Positions 15,891 to 24,545 of a stretch of DNA of 32,000 nt are shown here, one piece after another; position 1 is the first letter of the stretch; every line of letters begins with the position of its first letter. The DNA lies in the NCBI RefSeq assembly GCF_000172995.2, contig NC_014731.1, forward strand, positions 90,001 through 122,000, in the 5' to 3' direction. The stretch is from Halogeometricum borinquense DSM 11551. Its GTDB lineage: Archaea > Halobacteriota > Halobacteria > Halobacteriales > Haloferacaceae. A program made the translations under genes and the position numbers. The notes under the pieces were generated by a model. It saw only the letters and a program-made list of their open reading frames with translations. It searched no databases and had not been told where the DNA came from.

Positions 15891-16400
15891 TCAGCTGTCA
15901 CCGCCGATCAGGTCCTCGATGAACCGGAAGCCGTTCACGAACGTCACCGAGTCCCCGTAGCCCTCGCTCGCGAGGACGGTTTCGGCCCCTTCGCCGGCCG
16001 CGATATCGGTCGTGTAGATGTACACATCGGTCGCCGTTCCCGCGCTGAGGTGCTGGGCAGCGAGGGCGGCGAGGGCGGCGTCGGCACGCTCGACTTCGTC
16101 GGCAGGGCGGTCGTCGGCGTTTGCGATGTACCGCTGGACGCCGTCCATCACTCGCGAGACGACAGGCTCGGAGAACTCGAGCGGCGCCGCAACCGTCGCC
16201 CACCCTTCGTCGATCGCAGCGTCGACGGGTGGCGTCTCGACATCGGGCTCGTCGACGGTCAGCTCCTCGTACACTCGTTCGGGCAGGACGAAGGCGATGT
16301 CGTTCCGGCGAGCGAACCCCCGAACGGCCTGGTACCGACTGTTCGACGGTTGCCCCATCGCGACGAACAGGCCGGTGTCAGCGATGTGGAGCCGGCTCAC
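15891..16400 (-). CDS. PIN-domain-like protein (putative VapC-type nuclease)
   Basis: The N-terminus LHIADTGLFVA carries a conserved Asp, followed by acidic residues in VYEEL and YTTDIAAGE. The GTG start overlaps the stop of the upstream wHTH gene (GTGA at 16397-16400). Confidence 0.7.
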   Translation of the reverse strand: MSRLHIADTGLFVAMGQPSNSRYQAVRGFARRNDIAFVLPERVYEELTVDEPDVETPPVDAAIDEGWATVAAPLEFSEPVVSRVMDGVQRYIANADDRPADEVERADAALAALAAQHLSAGTATDVYIYTTDIAAGEGAETVLASEGYGDSVTFVNGFRFIEDLIGGDS

Positions 16401-16993
16401 GCGTCGTCAGCACCGTCGCCGTCGATGGCCAACTCCTCGAGCCCTGCCCCGGCCTCCTCGATCTCGTAATGTTCGTGGACGACGGGGCGGAGCGCCTGGA
16501 GGATCATCTCCGCGGCCAGCGGCGAGATGTCGAGATCTTCCGCCATCAACCGGTGGGTCACCTCGCCGCGATCGCGGGCGACCGCATAGGTGAGCGCCGT
16601 CGCGAGGCCGGCGACGCCGTGGCGGTCGATGTAGGTATCGATGTCCGCATTCGTCTCGCGGCGGCCGACGGCGTCGATGAGCGCCGGCGTGATCGTGTAC
16701 TCACGGTCGCCGGCGGCCGTCGTCACGGTCAGGTCGATCTCCCGGGCGGCGTACCGGCGGGGCTGCTCGTCGTCGGTGACGTCGACGACGCCGGCGTCGA
16801 CGAGCCGGTTGACGTAGCTGTAGGCCGTCCCCTGGGCGAGCTTAAGGTCGTCCATCACGTTCTGGACGGTTGCCTCGCCCTCCCGAGCAAGGTACGCGTA
16901 CAGCTGGGCCAGCTGTGGCTCCTCGAGGAGATCGGCGACCGAGAGGAAGTCCTGGACGATGTCGCCGTCGGCGCGGTTTGAAGTGCGTGACAC
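16397..16993 (-). CDS. winged-helix DNA-binding protein (TrmB/ArsR-like), partner of the PIN protein
   Basis: QLAQLYAYLAREGEATVQNVMDDLKLAQGTAYSYVNRLVDAGVV is a wHTH. Start is GTG at 16993. It is translationally coupled to the downstream PIN gene. Confidence 0.75.
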   Translation of the reverse strand: MSRTSNRADGDIVQDFLSVADLLEEPQLAQLYAYLAREGEATVQNVMDDLKLAQGTAYSYVNRLVDAGVVDVTDDEQPRRYAAREIDLTVTTAAGDREYTITPALIDAVGRRETNADIDTYIDRHGVAGLATALTYAVARDRGEVTHRLMAEDLDISPLAAEMILQALRPVVHEHYEIEEAGAGLEELAIDGDGADDA

Positions 16994-17042
16994 GGGTGTT
17001 CTTGATTACAGTTTACAGCGAAACAGTAAAGAGTGTTTGGGG

Positions 17043-17378
17043 TCACTCTGCCGGCGTCGCGACCAAATGCTCCTCGAGGTCGCGCGTCCAGTACGTCGCG
17101 AGCCCGCCCGGACTGCAGCGGGCGCACAGCTGCAACGGGCCTTCCAGATGCCCCAGTTCGACCCGGAACCGGGTCAGTGCCGCAAGTGTGTCGACGACCA
17201 GTCCACAGCCGTCACAAGCGACGTGATCGCGCTCGTCGGGATTCGGCTCCCTCTGAATCGCGCAGTCGACGCAGATCGGGTGGGTGACCCGTTCGTCCTG
17301 CCACCAGGTATGGGCCTTGCCAGTCTCGGTACCAGGCGGCGCGTCGCAGGACGCACAGCCAGTGAGCATTTGCTGCAT
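17043..17378 (-). CDS. Cys-rich zinc-finger protein (four CxxC motifs)
   Basis: I prefer ATG at 17378 (MQQMLTGCASCDAPP...). The four motifs are CASC, CVDC, CDGC and CARC, consistent with two zinc ribbons. It sits 49 nt upstream of the wHTH-PIN pair on the same strand. Confidence 0.65.
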   Translation of the reverse strand: MQQMLTGCASCDAPPGTETGKAHTWWQDERVTHPICVDCAIQREPNPDERDHVACDGCGLVVDTLAALTRFRVELGHLEGPLQLCARCSPGGLATYWTRDLEEHLVATPAE

Positions 17379-17480
17379 CACTCGCCCTCCGCGTCGGCGT
17401 CGTGGCCGACCAGACTTTGATAACGAATCCGTTTCATGGCCGTGAAATGGCGGTTCGTGGGGGCAAAAAACCCGTCTCGA

Positions 17481-17488
17481 TTTAATAA
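17481..17488 (+). promoter_or_regulatory. TATA box (TTTAATAA) for a leaderless transcript starting at GTG 17514
   Basis: TTTAATAA is centred about 29 nt upstream of GTG 17514. The hairpin ACCCCC-GTCAACAA-GGGGGT lies between the box and the start. Confidence 0.4.
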
Positions 17489-17513
17489 CCCCCGTCAACA
17501 AGGGGGTGGTACC

Positions 17514-18104
17514 GTGTCCGCGCTTCCGTCATGGATCGATGAACGGATCGATCGGAACCTCGACAACACGCTCTCCCAAGAGCACGTCGTCAAGACGATG
17601 ATCGAGTCAGATCGACCGTTCTTCTCCCTTCGACAACTGCACGCACGTATCAAGCCCGAAGTGAGCAGGGCAACGGTCCGAAACCGGTTACAGGAGTTAC
17701 AGACGATTGATGTCGTGGCCACAGAGACGTACCCCGACTCGATCACCCTGTACTACATTAACCATCCAGAATCGGACTGGCCGCTCTCACCGGAGGGAAA
17801 ACGCGCGCTACACACAGATACCCCGCTGGACCGGCTCTCCACTCGTGCATTCCTCACGCTATCGGACACAGCAGGGATCCGCACGCTCGTGCTCGCTGGA
17901 CTTCAGTTGAGTTTGGTGCTGTTCGCTCTCGGTGGTGTTCTCACAATCGTCGGTGCTGATGTAAGCAGTACGCAGAGCGATATCGTGCTGTGGGACACCG
18001 CAGCTGAGCTGCTGGTGATCAGCCTGGCGTTGCTCCTCGTAGAGCGACTCGCCCGCTGGGTCCGCGACCGATACAGCCCGTTGAACCTCCTCCCATCGAC
18101 GTAA
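17514..18104 (+). CDS. membrane-anchored winged-helix protein (N-terminal wHTH, two C-terminal TM helices)
   Basis: PFFSLRQLHARIKPEVSRATVRNRLQELQTIDVV is wHTH-like. The C-terminus has two helices, IRTLVLAGLQLSLVLFALGGVLTIV and AAELLVISLALLLV. I prefer GTG 17514 to ATG 17436. Confidence 0.6.
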   Translation: MSALPSWIDERIDRNLDNTLSQEHVVKTMIESDRPFFSLRQLHARIKPEVSRATVRNRLQELQTIDVVATETYPDSITLYYINHPESDWPLSPEGKRALHTDTPLDRLSTRAFLTLSDTAGIRTLVLAGLQLSLVLFALGGVLTIVGADVSSTQSDIVLWDTAAELLVISLALLLVERLARWVRDRYSPLNLLPST

Positions 18105-18158
18105 TCTGAAATCACGCAATAACATCGCATCGCCCACCACACGACCCTCCACAGCCCA

Positions 18159-18998
18159 ATGACATCAGCATCCACATCCATCGCACCTGGTCCCGAACTG
18201 CTCAACGAACGATCGATCGGCGGCATTCTCGTTCACCTGCTGTCGATCCCAACTGGCGTCGTCGGCGCCGGAATAGTGTATCTCGTCGCGACCAACGAGT
18301 TCACCAAACGGAACGCTCGTAACGCACTCGACTGGCATCTTGCCGTGCTAGCACTGACAGTGCTGACGTTCAGCTCCGTATTCACCTTCGCCGAACTCAC
18401 CGGACAGGGCATCACCAACGGGATTACGCTTTCCGAACCCATCGCCGCCGGGGGGAGTTTCGTCATCTCGGCGTTGTTCCTCGTCTGGATGATCATCACG
18501 ACCTGTACGTTCCTTGTCGGATTCATCGCGACGGGCAAAGCAATATTCGGTGACGCGTGGCGATATCCGCTGACGCCGGCGCTCGTCGAGCGGTTCAGCT
18601 CACAGGTCGAACTCCCCGGTGGATGGCCAATCGTCATCGTCGGGTACGTGGTGTTCGCGCCGCTCGTCATCGGGGGAGTCTTTCTCGGGCCACATGAGGG
18701 AGCGGCCTTCTTCGCAACTGTATTCGGCTTGTTCGGTCTCATCTTGGTACTCACACCGCTGACCGGTGTTGCGATGTATCTTCACGCAAAACGCGCGAGC
18801 CAGACAGATACGGCTTGGGAGCCGCATACCGCCGCGTACATTGGGGCGCCTGTTCTCGTCGCTGTCCTCGCATACGCTCTCTCTGGGGCGTTTACTGACT
18901 CGATCAACCCTGGTGGCGACGCGATGTATGTCTTCCTCGCCGCGTTCTGGGTTACCTCAATCGCGTACGTGGTTCGGTGGAGAACGGCGTTGAGCTGA
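18159..18998 (+). CDS. DUF4870-like multi-TM membrane protein
   Basis: ATG at 18159. The N-terminal pattern is GGILVHLLSIPTGVVGAGIVYLVATNEFTKRNARNALDWHLAVLALTVL, followed by further TM helices. Confidence 0.7.
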   Translation: MTSASTSIAPGPELLNERSIGGILVHLLSIPTGVVGAGIVYLVATNEFTKRNARNALDWHLAVLALTVLTFSSVFTFAELTGQGITNGITLSEPIAAGGSFVISALFLVWMIITTCTFLVGFIATGKAIFGDAWRYPLTPALVERFSSQVELPGGWPIVIVGYVVFAPLVIGGVFLGPHEGAAFFATVFGLFGLILVLTPLTGVAMYLHAKRASQTDTAWEPHTAAYIGAPVLVAVLAYALSGAFTDSINPGGDAMYVFLAAFWVTSIAYVVRWRTALS

Positions 18999-19116
18999 CA
19001 GAGTGGAGGTATACACCATTCATGCTGTTTGCTATACACAGCGACAACGGACTCGACACGAAGCCTATGACATAGGGAGAACATGTCGAGAGGTGGCCAG
19101 AAATTCAGTCGTCGAC

Positions 19117-19469
19117 TCAATGGCTCGCTGACCAGGCGTTGAGCCGTCGTGTCGTCGACATCCGCCGTGTCAACGCCAGCGGCGTCCCCCTCGTACTCGT
19201 ACTGCGAGAGCCCGTCGGCGATTGTGGCATCGAACCCACCGACCTCCGTGTGTTTCGTCGAGCCGTCGAAAACGCTTGCTGGGACGGACCCGACGGCCGA
19301 CCGAATCGACGCCAGCGCATCGTCCGGAAACGCCTCGGACGTGGTTTGGGTACGGCGCTCGCTCAGTTTGGTGACCTCCTCGACGACGACTATACTCGCT
19401 CTCGAAGAGTAGCGGCCCGATAAAACCCGTCGCGACCGCCGTTCGAGCCGACCGGTCGCCAGGATTCAT
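19117..19469 (-). pseudogene. frameshifted acidic ORF of unknown function
   Basis: The frame from ATG 19469 reads MNPGDRSARTAVATGFIGPLLFESEY and then turns into Arg-rich junk. An adjacent frame with no start codon reads VVVEEVTKLSERRTQTTSEAFPDDALASIRSAVGSVPASVFDGSTKHTEVGGFDATIADGLSQYEYEGDAAGVDTADVDD. Removing one nt near 19390 (GAGTAT-A-GTCGTC) joins them. The 3' end is uncertain. Confidence 0.4.
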
Positions 19470-19511
19470 TCACTCGAGGAGTAGGGCGAGGGAGTGGATC
19501 CAGTCCCAGTG

Positions 19512-19553
19512 TTAACCAACACAGTGTCGGTATCGGTTCGGAATGTTGGTTAA
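19512..19553. repeat. 42-bp palindromic module copy 3: TTAACCAAC-N24-GTTGGTTAA
   Basis: Arms are at 19512-19520 and 19545-19553, extendable to 10 bp. The spacer is ACAGTGTCGGTATCGGTTCGGAAT. It lies between stop 19563 and start 19469 of two minus-strand ORFs. Confidence 0.95.
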
Positions 19554-19562
19554 GCATAGCCG

Positions 19563-19901
19563 CTACGGCGTTCGGAGCTCTCGAACTGGCTTCACGACGA
19601 AGGTGCCTGGCTCGCTGGCTGCTCCCTCACCTGACCGCTCCGCCGGCGTCGAAGGCGACCGCGTGAGCTGGGTGATGAACTCGTCGCGAACGGTTCGTCG
19701 GGGAACGGTGGTCTCGTGCCAGCCCAGCCGGTCGTCGAAGTGCCGCTTCTGGAACTGCTCGCCGACGTCGTCGCGGGCGACGTACTGCGTCCGCGTCGAC
19801 CGCCCGACCTGCCGTGAGACGAAGAAGCCGCCAACGGTCTGAACGGAACGCCGACTCGCACGGAACGCGCGGTGCTGCACGCCGGACAGCGAGTTACTCA
19901 C
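19563..19901 (-). CDS. hypothetical basic protein (112 aa) downstream of copA
   Basis: GTG at 19901, 46 nt after the copA stop. Third-position GC is high throughout. No family recognised, and it may be a gene fragment. Confidence 0.4.
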   Translation of the reverse strand: MSNSLSGVQHRAFRASRRSVQTVGGFFVSRQVGRSTRTQYVARDDVGEQFQKRHFDDRLGWHETTVPRRTVRDEFITQLTRSPSTPAERSGEGAASEPGTFVVKPVRELRTP

Positions 19902-19946
19902 GGCGAGAGAAACGAGTAAGGCATCCGCCGACCGCCGAGCGCGGCC

Positions 19947-22613
19947 TTATCGGCGGAAGCGTCCGAACAGTTCGTAGTCGTGGTCGGGCGTGTACTGTCG
20001 GAACAGCAGACTGTTCGTGAGCACCGATACCGACGAGAACGCCATCGCTCCGGCCGCGAGGACAGGTTGGAGCAGGCCAATCGAGGCGAGCGGAATCATC
20101 GCCGTATTGTAGCCGAGCGCCCAGAACAGGTTCTGCTTGATCTTCGCAAGCGTCCCCTCGGAGATGCGGATGGCTTTTACGATGTCGAGCGGGTCGTCGC
20201 GCATCAGCGTCACGTCGGCCGCCTCGATAGCGACATCCGTCCCGCTTCCGATAGCGCACCCGACGTACGCGACGGCGAGCGCGGGGGCGTCGTTGACACC
20301 GTCACCGACCATCATCGCCTTGCGCCCGTCGGCTTGGATGTCCTCGACAGCGTCGGATTTATCCTCTGGGAGAACCTCCGCGCGGACGTTCTCGGGGTCG
20401 ATGCCGACCTGTTCGGCGACGGCGCGAGCGGTTCGGGAATTGTCGCCGGTAATCATCATTACCTCCGCACCGCGGTCGCGGAGAGTCGAAACGGCGTCCT
20501 TTGCGCTCTCTTTGACCGTATCCGCGTCAGCGACGACACCGAGAAGTTCGCCCGCTCGCGGCGTTTCGGCGCTCGCATCGCGGTTCGCGCTCCGCTCCGA
20601 ACCGCGCACACGAGCGACGAGCATCGCCGTCTTCCCCTCGCTCTCCAGTCGCTCCATCGTCTCAGCGGCCGGTTCGGGGTCGATTCCCGCATCGCGCAGG
20701 AGTTTGCGGTTCCCGACCAGCACGTCAGTTCCCTCGACGGTAGCGCGAACACCCTGACCCGGCACGTTTTCGAAGGACGTGGCGTCCGGAACGGCAAGTC
20801 CACGTTCCTGTGCGCCTTCGACGATAGCGCGGGCGAGCGGATGTTCACTGCCGGACTCGGCGGCCGCCGCGAGTCGAAGTACTTCATCTTCGCGGGGGCG
20901 TTCACGGGCGGTGATCGCGCCGCCGTCGGATGCGAGGTCCGACGGGGAGTGCGAACCGCCATCGGTGAGGGCAGTCCCGCTATCCCCGAACGCGACGACA
21001 TCTGTGAGGCTCATCTCGCCTTTGGTGAGCGTCCCCGTCTTGTCGAACACGACCGTATCCACGTCCTTCGCGCGTTCGAGTACGTCACCGCCTTTGAACA
21101 GGACGCCGTTCTGCGCGCCGATAGTCGTCCCGACCATCGTCGCCGCGGGCGTTGCTAATCCGAGTGCGCAGGGACAGGCGATGAGGACCGACGAGGCGAA
21201 GACGACGACGGCGAACTCGAACGCCGAGAGGGCCGCCGGGCCACCGCCGACCAGTCCCCACAGGGGGAGCGACCCGACGAATTCGGCGAGCGTCACGGGG
21301 AAGAAGTACCAGACGACGCCCCAAAACAGGGCGTTCAGGATGACCGCAGGGACGAAGTACGCCGAGATTCGGTCGGCGAGGTTCTGGATGTCAGGTTGCC
21401 GCGACTGCGCCTCCTTAACCGTCTGCACGATTTGCTGGAGAGCGGTGTCCTCGCCGACGTTCGTCGCCTCGACGACGAGAACGCCGTTTTCGTTGATAGT
21501 CGCGCCGACGACTTCGTCGCCCTCGGTCTTCTCGACCGGGACGGACTCTCCGGTGACCATCGACTCGTCAACCGCGCTCTGGCCGTCTACGACGACGCCG
21601 TCGGTCGGGATCTGTTCGCCGGGTCGAACCTTCATCCAGTCGCCGACTTCCACGTCCTCGATAGGGACTTCGCGTTCGGTCCCGTCATCAGCAACGAGCG
21701 TCGCGGTGTCGGCTTCCATCTCCAGCAGCGTCCGGAGCGCTTCGCTGGCCTGTCCCTTCGACCGCGCTTCGAGATAGTTCCCCAGCGTGATGAACACGAG
21801 GATAAGGGCGGCCGTATCGAAGTACAGACCCTCACTAGCGAGGAGGTCGAAGAGAACGACAACTGAATAGATGTACGCGGTGGACGAACCTAACGCGATG
21901 AGCACGTCCATGTTCGCCGTCCGGTTCTTGACGAGCGCCTTGTACGCGTTCCGGTAGAACGGCCATCCGAGGATACCCTGTACGGGCGTCGCTAATGCGA
22001 ACTCGACCCACCCGAACTGGACGCCGAACACCTCCTCGGGGAGCGTACCACCGAGGATGAGTTTGTCAACGAGGAAGAACAGAAGCGGCACAGAGAGTGC
22101 CGCGCCGAACAGCGTGAGGCGGAGTTGCTTGCGAATCTCCGACTTCCGTGCGGCGTCGCGGCGGTCTTCTGCCGACTCCTCGCCGCCCTCATTCTCACGG
22201 ACGGGCGAGTAACCCGCGTCCTCGATAGCGCTGTAGAAGTCCGGGCGCGACGCTTCGGCCGGGTTGTACGTAACCTGCGCTTCGTCGGTTGCGAAGTTCA
22301 CGTCCGCCGAGACGACACCCGGCGTCGATTCGAGTGCCTCCTGTACCGTCTCCGAACAGTTCGCACACGACATGTCGGTAATACCGATTGTCGTCGTCTC
22401 CGCCACCGGCGAGTATCCTGCATCGTCGATGGCGTCGTAGACGGCCCCCAACGAAACCTGCTCGGGATCGTACTCGACGGTTCCCTCGTCAGTGGCGAAG
22501 TTCACATTCGCCTCCGACACGCCGTCTACGGATTCGACGGCGTCGGCGACTGTCTGCGAACAGTTCGCGCAACTCATCCCCTGTATATCGATCCGACTTC
22601 GGCGCCGATTCAT
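19947..22613 (-). CDS. copA: copper-translocating P1B-type ATPase with two N-terminal HMA domains
   Basis: GMSCANCS occurs twice. The CPC motif is [12 protein letters not shown], the phosphorylation site is FDKTGTLT, and GDGVNDAP is present. I prefer ATG at 22613 ([18 protein letters not shown]) to ATG 22685. Confidence 0.95.
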   Translation of the reverse strand: MNRRRSRIDIQGMSCANCSQTVADAVESVDGVSEANVNFATDEGTVEYDPEQVSLGAVYDAIDDAGYSPVAETTTIGITDMSCANCSETVQEALESTPGVVSADVNFATDEAQVTYNPAEASRPDFYSAIEDAGYSPVRENEGGEESAEDRRDAARKSEIRKQLRLTLFGAALSVPLLFFLVDKLILGGTLPEEVFGVQFGWVEFALATPVQGILGWPFYRNAYKALVKNRTANMDVLIALGSSTAYIYSVVVLFDLLASEGLYFDTAALILVFITLGNYLEARSKGQASEALRTLLEMEADTATLVADDGTEREVPIEDVEVGDWMKVRPGEQIPTDGVVVDGQSAVDESMVTGESVPVEKTEGDEVVGATINENGVLVVEATNVGEDTALQQIVQTVKEAQSRQPDIQNLADRISAYFVPAVILNALFWGVVWYFFPVTLAEFVGSLPLWGLVGGGPAALSAFEFAVVVFASSVLIACPCALGLATPAATMVGTTIGAQNGVLFKGGDVLERAKDVDTVVFDKTGTLTKGEMSLTDVVAFGDSGTALTDGGSHSPSDLASDGGAITARERPREDEVLRLAAAAESGSEHPLARAIVEGAQERGLAVPDATSFENVPGQGVRATVEGTDVLVGNRKLLRDAGIDPEPAAETMERLESEGKTAMLVARVRGSERSANRDASAETPRAGELLGVVADADTVKESAKDAVSTLRDRGAEVMMITGDNSRTARAVAEQVGIDPENVRAEVLPEDKSDAVEDIQADGRKAMMVGDGVNDAPALAVAYVGCAIGSGTDVAIEAADVTLMRDDPLDIVKAIRISEGTLAKIKQNLFWALGYNTAMIPLASIGLLQPVLAAGAMAFSSVSVLTNSLLFRQYTPDHDYELFGRFRR

Positions 22614-22953
22614 ATCTCTAGATACGTCGGCCTTATTCAACCGACTTTCCCTTTTGAATACACAACTATCGGGGGAAGACAACATTAGAATTCAAAGTGA
22701 GTTCGAGATCCACGATGGTTATCCGGTCATTTGGTGAGACGCAGTCAGGACTCACTACCAAACGAGTACAGATCACGGAGTGAGACTGCCGTTTCGTCTT
22801 TCCGGTCGTCGTTTCGATATGATACCGATCTGTAAGCAGAAATCGGGATAAGGCAGATGAGTGAACTGATCAGGGGGTGTGTTGTCACAGCAAAGATGAG
22901 ACACGTCGAGAGATGGGAAAACAGGCGGAGCGTTTACGACGAGCGTCGTGAAC

Positions 22954-24144
22954 TCACCACTGCCATTCCTCGCGTGGATCAACGGCGTCCTCGGCGCGGT
23001 CGAAAACGTGTTCGCCGTCCACGAAGACGTGCTGTGCGCTGGTGTCGAACTGGTAGAACGGGCCGTCCCAGACGACGATATCGGCATCGGTCCCCTCCGC
23101 GAGCGTTCCGACACGGTCCTCGATGCCGAGGATTTCGGCGGGGTTGCGCGTCACCACGTCGAGTGCGGCCGCTTCAGGGAGTCCCTCGCGGACGGCGAGT
23201 CCGACACACACGTCGAGGTGCCGCTGTGGGAGGACCGGGGCGTCAGTCTGGATAGCGACGTTCACGCCAGCCTCGTGGAGGATACCGGGCGTTTCGAACG
23301 TGATGTTTCGCAGTTCGTACTTTGCGCCGGAGTACAGCGACGGTCCGCACACAGCCGGAATGTCACGCTCGACAAACTCCTCGGCGATAAGATGTCCCTC
23401 CGTCGCGTGTTCGATAGAGATGTTATCGATACCGAACTCCTCGGCGATGCGAAAGACAGTCATGATGTCGTCCGCGCGGTGGGCGTGGACGCGCAGCGGT
23501 AAATCGCCCTCTACGACACGGGCGAGGTTCTCCAAACCGAGGTCACGGTCGAACGGTTCGCCGTCCTCGACGGCCTTCTCACGTTTCGCAACGTAATCTT
23601 CGGCGTCCATCAACGCCTGTCGAAGCGTCGCCGCGACACCCGGACGGGTTGCAGGCTGTCGATCCTTCTGTTCACCATGGAACCGCTTCGGATTCTCCCC
23701 CATCGCAGCCTTCATGCCGTCTTCGCGGACGAGCATCCGGTCGGCCACGTCACCGTACGTTTTCATCGAACAGATGACGCCGCCGACGACATTCCCCGAC
23801 CCCATCCGTGCGGAGACGGTAGTAACGCCGTTTTGGAAGGCGTACTTCAGTTCCTCGTCGCGCGGATGGAACCCGTCTAAGGCGTTCACGTGCGGCGTTA
23901 CCGGATCCGTGCCCTCGTTTATGTCACCGTCCTCGGGTTCACCCCACTCCGCCATCCCGGCGTGACTGTGCGCATCTACGAGTCCGGGTGTTACGGGCGC
24001 GCCGTCTACGTCTATCTCGGTCGCTTCCGGTGGCGCATCAACGTCACCAACGGCCACGATTTTTCCGTCTTGAATAGACAGGTCACCCTCGACGGTGCCG
24101 CGGTCCGTCGCCGTGTGGAGCGTGGCATTGCGAATAACGTACAT
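22954..24144 (-). CDS. amidohydrolase-superfamily metal-dependent hydrolase
   Basis: The N-terminus is GKIVAVGD...VTPGLVDAHSHAG (HxH metal site), and the C-terminus GTLAEGTDADIVVWDG is typical of amidohydrolase_1/3. Confidence 0.9.
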   Translation of the reverse strand: MYVIRNATLHTATDRGTVEGDLSIQDGKIVAVGDVDAPPEATEIDVDGAPVTPGLVDAHSHAGMAEWGEPEDGDINEGTDPVTPHVNALDGFHPRDEELKYAFQNGVTTVSARMGSGNVVGGVICSMKTYGDVADRMLVREDGMKAAMGENPKRFHGEQKDRQPATRPGVAATLRQALMDAEDYVAKREKAVEDGEPFDRDLGLENLARVVEGDLPLRVHAHRADDIMTVFRIAEEFGIDNISIEHATEGHLIAEEFVERDIPAVCGPSLYSGAKYELRNITFETPGILHEAGVNVAIQTDAPVLPQRHLDVCVGLAVREGLPEAAALDVVTRNPAEILGIEDRVGTLAEGTDADIVVWDGPFYQFDTSAQHVFVDGEHVFDRAEDAVDPREEWQW

Positions 24145-24545
24145 ATCAACTTGTCAAAGGTCATCATACAATATGTTTCGGTTCGAAAACAGTACTGCCG
24201 CATCGACTCGAACGCAGAGACGGCCGCACAAAGCAGAGTGGTTGTAACTTGCAACTGCAACGAGACACCCGCCGAATCGGAACACGCAGATCCGTGTTAA
24301 CTGACGGCGTGATAGGCAGATCCTACACGCTTCGGTTCCGAGTACATTCTGACGGTGGGATACTTTGACCAAATTTAGAGGACAAAGCTATCCAGTCGGG
24401 CGATTTTAACCGAATCGTTTGGAATAAAATTTGGGTGAACATGGCAATCCCCTCAGGGAGGTAGACGAGTCCAATTATCGTATCCGAATTTGTAGTGTTT
24501 TTCTACAAACAGTATTAAACGGGGTGGGTGTCAATTCTCTAAGGA

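Noticed and set aside
15276-16469. 397-aa plus-strand ORF
   Set aside because: It is extremely Arg/Pro/Ser-rich and has no motifs. It lies antisense to the well-supported PIN and wHTH genes and crosses the GC-rich spacer, so it is a typical high-GC shadow ORF.
9758-19553. The three palindromes as a CRISPR array, integron attC sites, or a MITE with TTAA target duplication
   Set aside because: CRISPR is ruled out because the copies are 2.7 and 7 kb apart with genes between them. attC is unlikely because the arms only loosely resemble RYYYAAC/GTTRRRY, the sites are shorter than typical attC and perfectly paired, and no IntI-like gene is present. A MITE is unlikely because the internal 24 nt is not conserved among copies, which argues against recent transposition. 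None of these is formally excluded without genome-wide data.
19980-21777. 392-aa and 332-aa plus-strand ORFs
   Set aside because: They are antisense shadows of copA, whose P-type ATPase motifs are unambiguous on the minus strand.
22614-22953. Search for a CopZ chaperone or TRASH/Lrp copper regulator next to copA
   Set aside because: I found no credible small ORF or HMA/TRASH motif in any frame. Only short weak inverted repeats are present.
24277-24341. Possible tRNA-like element (7-bp closing stem)
   Set aside because: It is only 65 nt. It has no T-loop GTTCRANNC consensus, no D-arm or anticodon-arm geometry and no CCA context. I kept it only as a generic candidate structure.
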